This document shows positions 62,601-64,000 of a DNA stretch of 64,000 nt, one piece after another. The notes under the pieces are model-generated. The model was not told the DNA's origin. It saw only the letters and a program-made list of their open reading frames with translations, and searched no databases. Each line of letters begins with the position of its first letter. Within the stretch, counting starts at the first letter, position 1. Made by a program: the position numbers and the translations under genes. Origin of the DNA: Camelus dromedarius (lineage: Eukaryota); assembly GCF_036321535.1 (NCBI RefSeq), contig NC_087437.1, forward strand, positions 114,888,001 through 114,952,000, read 5' to 3'.

Positions 62601-63478
62601 GTGGGCATCCCTGAGTCCCCATCATGAGAATGTGGTCCCCTCCCCCGCCCTGGGCCTTTGACTCATCCGCCCCCAACCCAGGCCTCCATGGAGCCACCAG
62701 CCCATCTCACCCCATCCTGCACCTCACACCCCACCCACCCTCCCTGGCCCAGGCTGGCCCCGGGGGGACCAGCTGCCTACCTCCTGGAAGGAAGCCTGGG
62801 GCAGGTTGCCACATCTCTCCAACTTCACCTTCTCCGGCACAACAAAGAATACCAGAGCCACATCTGTTGCTGTAAAAATCAAATGCCTGAAACTTGTGAG
62901 AATCCTTCTTAGAGCAGGAATAAACAGAAGGCTTCCCTCTTCAAAGGCAGAAGTTGGCGGCGGGGCTTGGGGCGGGGGGGCGGGTCCTTGGCTTCACCAT
63001 CTCCCAAAGCTGAGTCCTCCAGGCTCGCCTTTGGAGTGGAAAAGAGGGCAGTGATTAAGGAATTAGGAACACCTGCTGGCAAGCCAAATTTCACCCCTTT
63101 GCATGGTTCCTTCTGGAGCGAATCCAAGCATCCCATTTGGCAGGTGGCTATTTCGGGCAGGCCAGAGCAAAGACAACCGACAAGGCTGGTTACCAGCTAA
63201 AACCAAGTAAAACCAATTTTAAACTAAAATTTTAAGTAAGTTTCAAATGGTAACATTCACCAGCTTAAGACCACCTGGAACACAGTCACACACCATTAGG
63301 TGTACTAGCTTGGAAGGGAGAACAGGGGGAACCACAGAACATCTCAGATGGGGAACCAGGAAGGATGAAAGTGTAGGAGTTAGCAGGGGCTCTTCCATGG
63401 GTGCATCAGAGGATGAGTCTTGGGAGAGCCAGTCAACTTGTAATTAAGGCAAGTTGCCGGAACGACATCCTATCTTAT

Positions 63479-63572
63479 TTATTTATTTTTCCTCCTTCTC
63501 AGAGGCACTGGGGATTGAGCCCAGGACCTCATGCACACCAAGCACATGCTCTACCGCTGAGCTACCCCCCAC
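63479..63572 (-). mobile_element. Camelid tRNA-derived SINE, short form, with TSD
   Basis: Minus strand GGGGGGTAGCTCAGCGGTAGAGCATGTGCTTGGTGTGCATGAGGTCCTGGGCTCAATCCCCAGTGCCTC; TSD-like CCT(A/G)TCTTAT at 63469-63478 and 63573-63582. Confidence 0.88.
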
Positions 63573-64000
63573 CCTGTCTTATCTCAAGAACACATGAAAA
63601 ACATGTGAATCTGAGCAGAGTTACCTGAGATCAGCTCGTCCGTGGTCTCGTTAAGAACGTGGATCTAAACGAGCTTGGTTTGTCTCGCGTGTCATGGTTT
63701 AATATGGATTATTGTTTGGGGGTCACAGCACAGGTCTGTAAGCTGTGGCTCCTGTTTCAGTTCTGTTTCCTCTCACAACCTCACCACCAGCGGGTTCATT
63801 TCTTACTTTATCAGACATAACTTTCAAAATGCTGCCACATCAATACGATAAGCACCTTGTCTTGATGTATCAACCTTAGACCAAAATCATATAACTGGTA
63901 GCTGTGAAAGATGTGACTCAGTTTACTTGACCACCCCCAACACCCCCACCTTCTCCCCACTTTTGTTAGTTTTATTCCCTTTGGTTCTCCTACTGGTTGT

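Overview
Mammalian genomic DNA, most likely from a camelid (Camelus/Vicugna/Lama), judging by four copies of a tRNA-Ala-derived SINE matching the camelid vic-1 type and by cetartiodactyl-style L1 3' ends. I recognise no protein-coding gene, RNA gene or CRISPR-like array. Every ORF with a recognisable product is a transposon relic (L1 ORF2, Tigger1 transposase) or a microsatellite artefact. The window is intronic or intergenic DNA densely layered with repeats: L1, L2, MIR, MaLR/ERVL solo LTRs, Tigger1, hAT MITEs and microsatellites. Repeat subfamily names come from my recall of consensus sequences and were not checked against a database; many boundaries are approximate. The most notable items are a 5'-inverted (twin-primed) L1 with a 12-bp TSD next to a near-perfect CTCF motif, a rearranged L1MB/Tigger1/MLT2 nest, a 655-nt pure-purine tract, a strong L1 strand skew with candidate minus-strand exons, and several small CpG-rich, enhancer-like patches. 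I found no convincing evidence of a novel multi-gene system.
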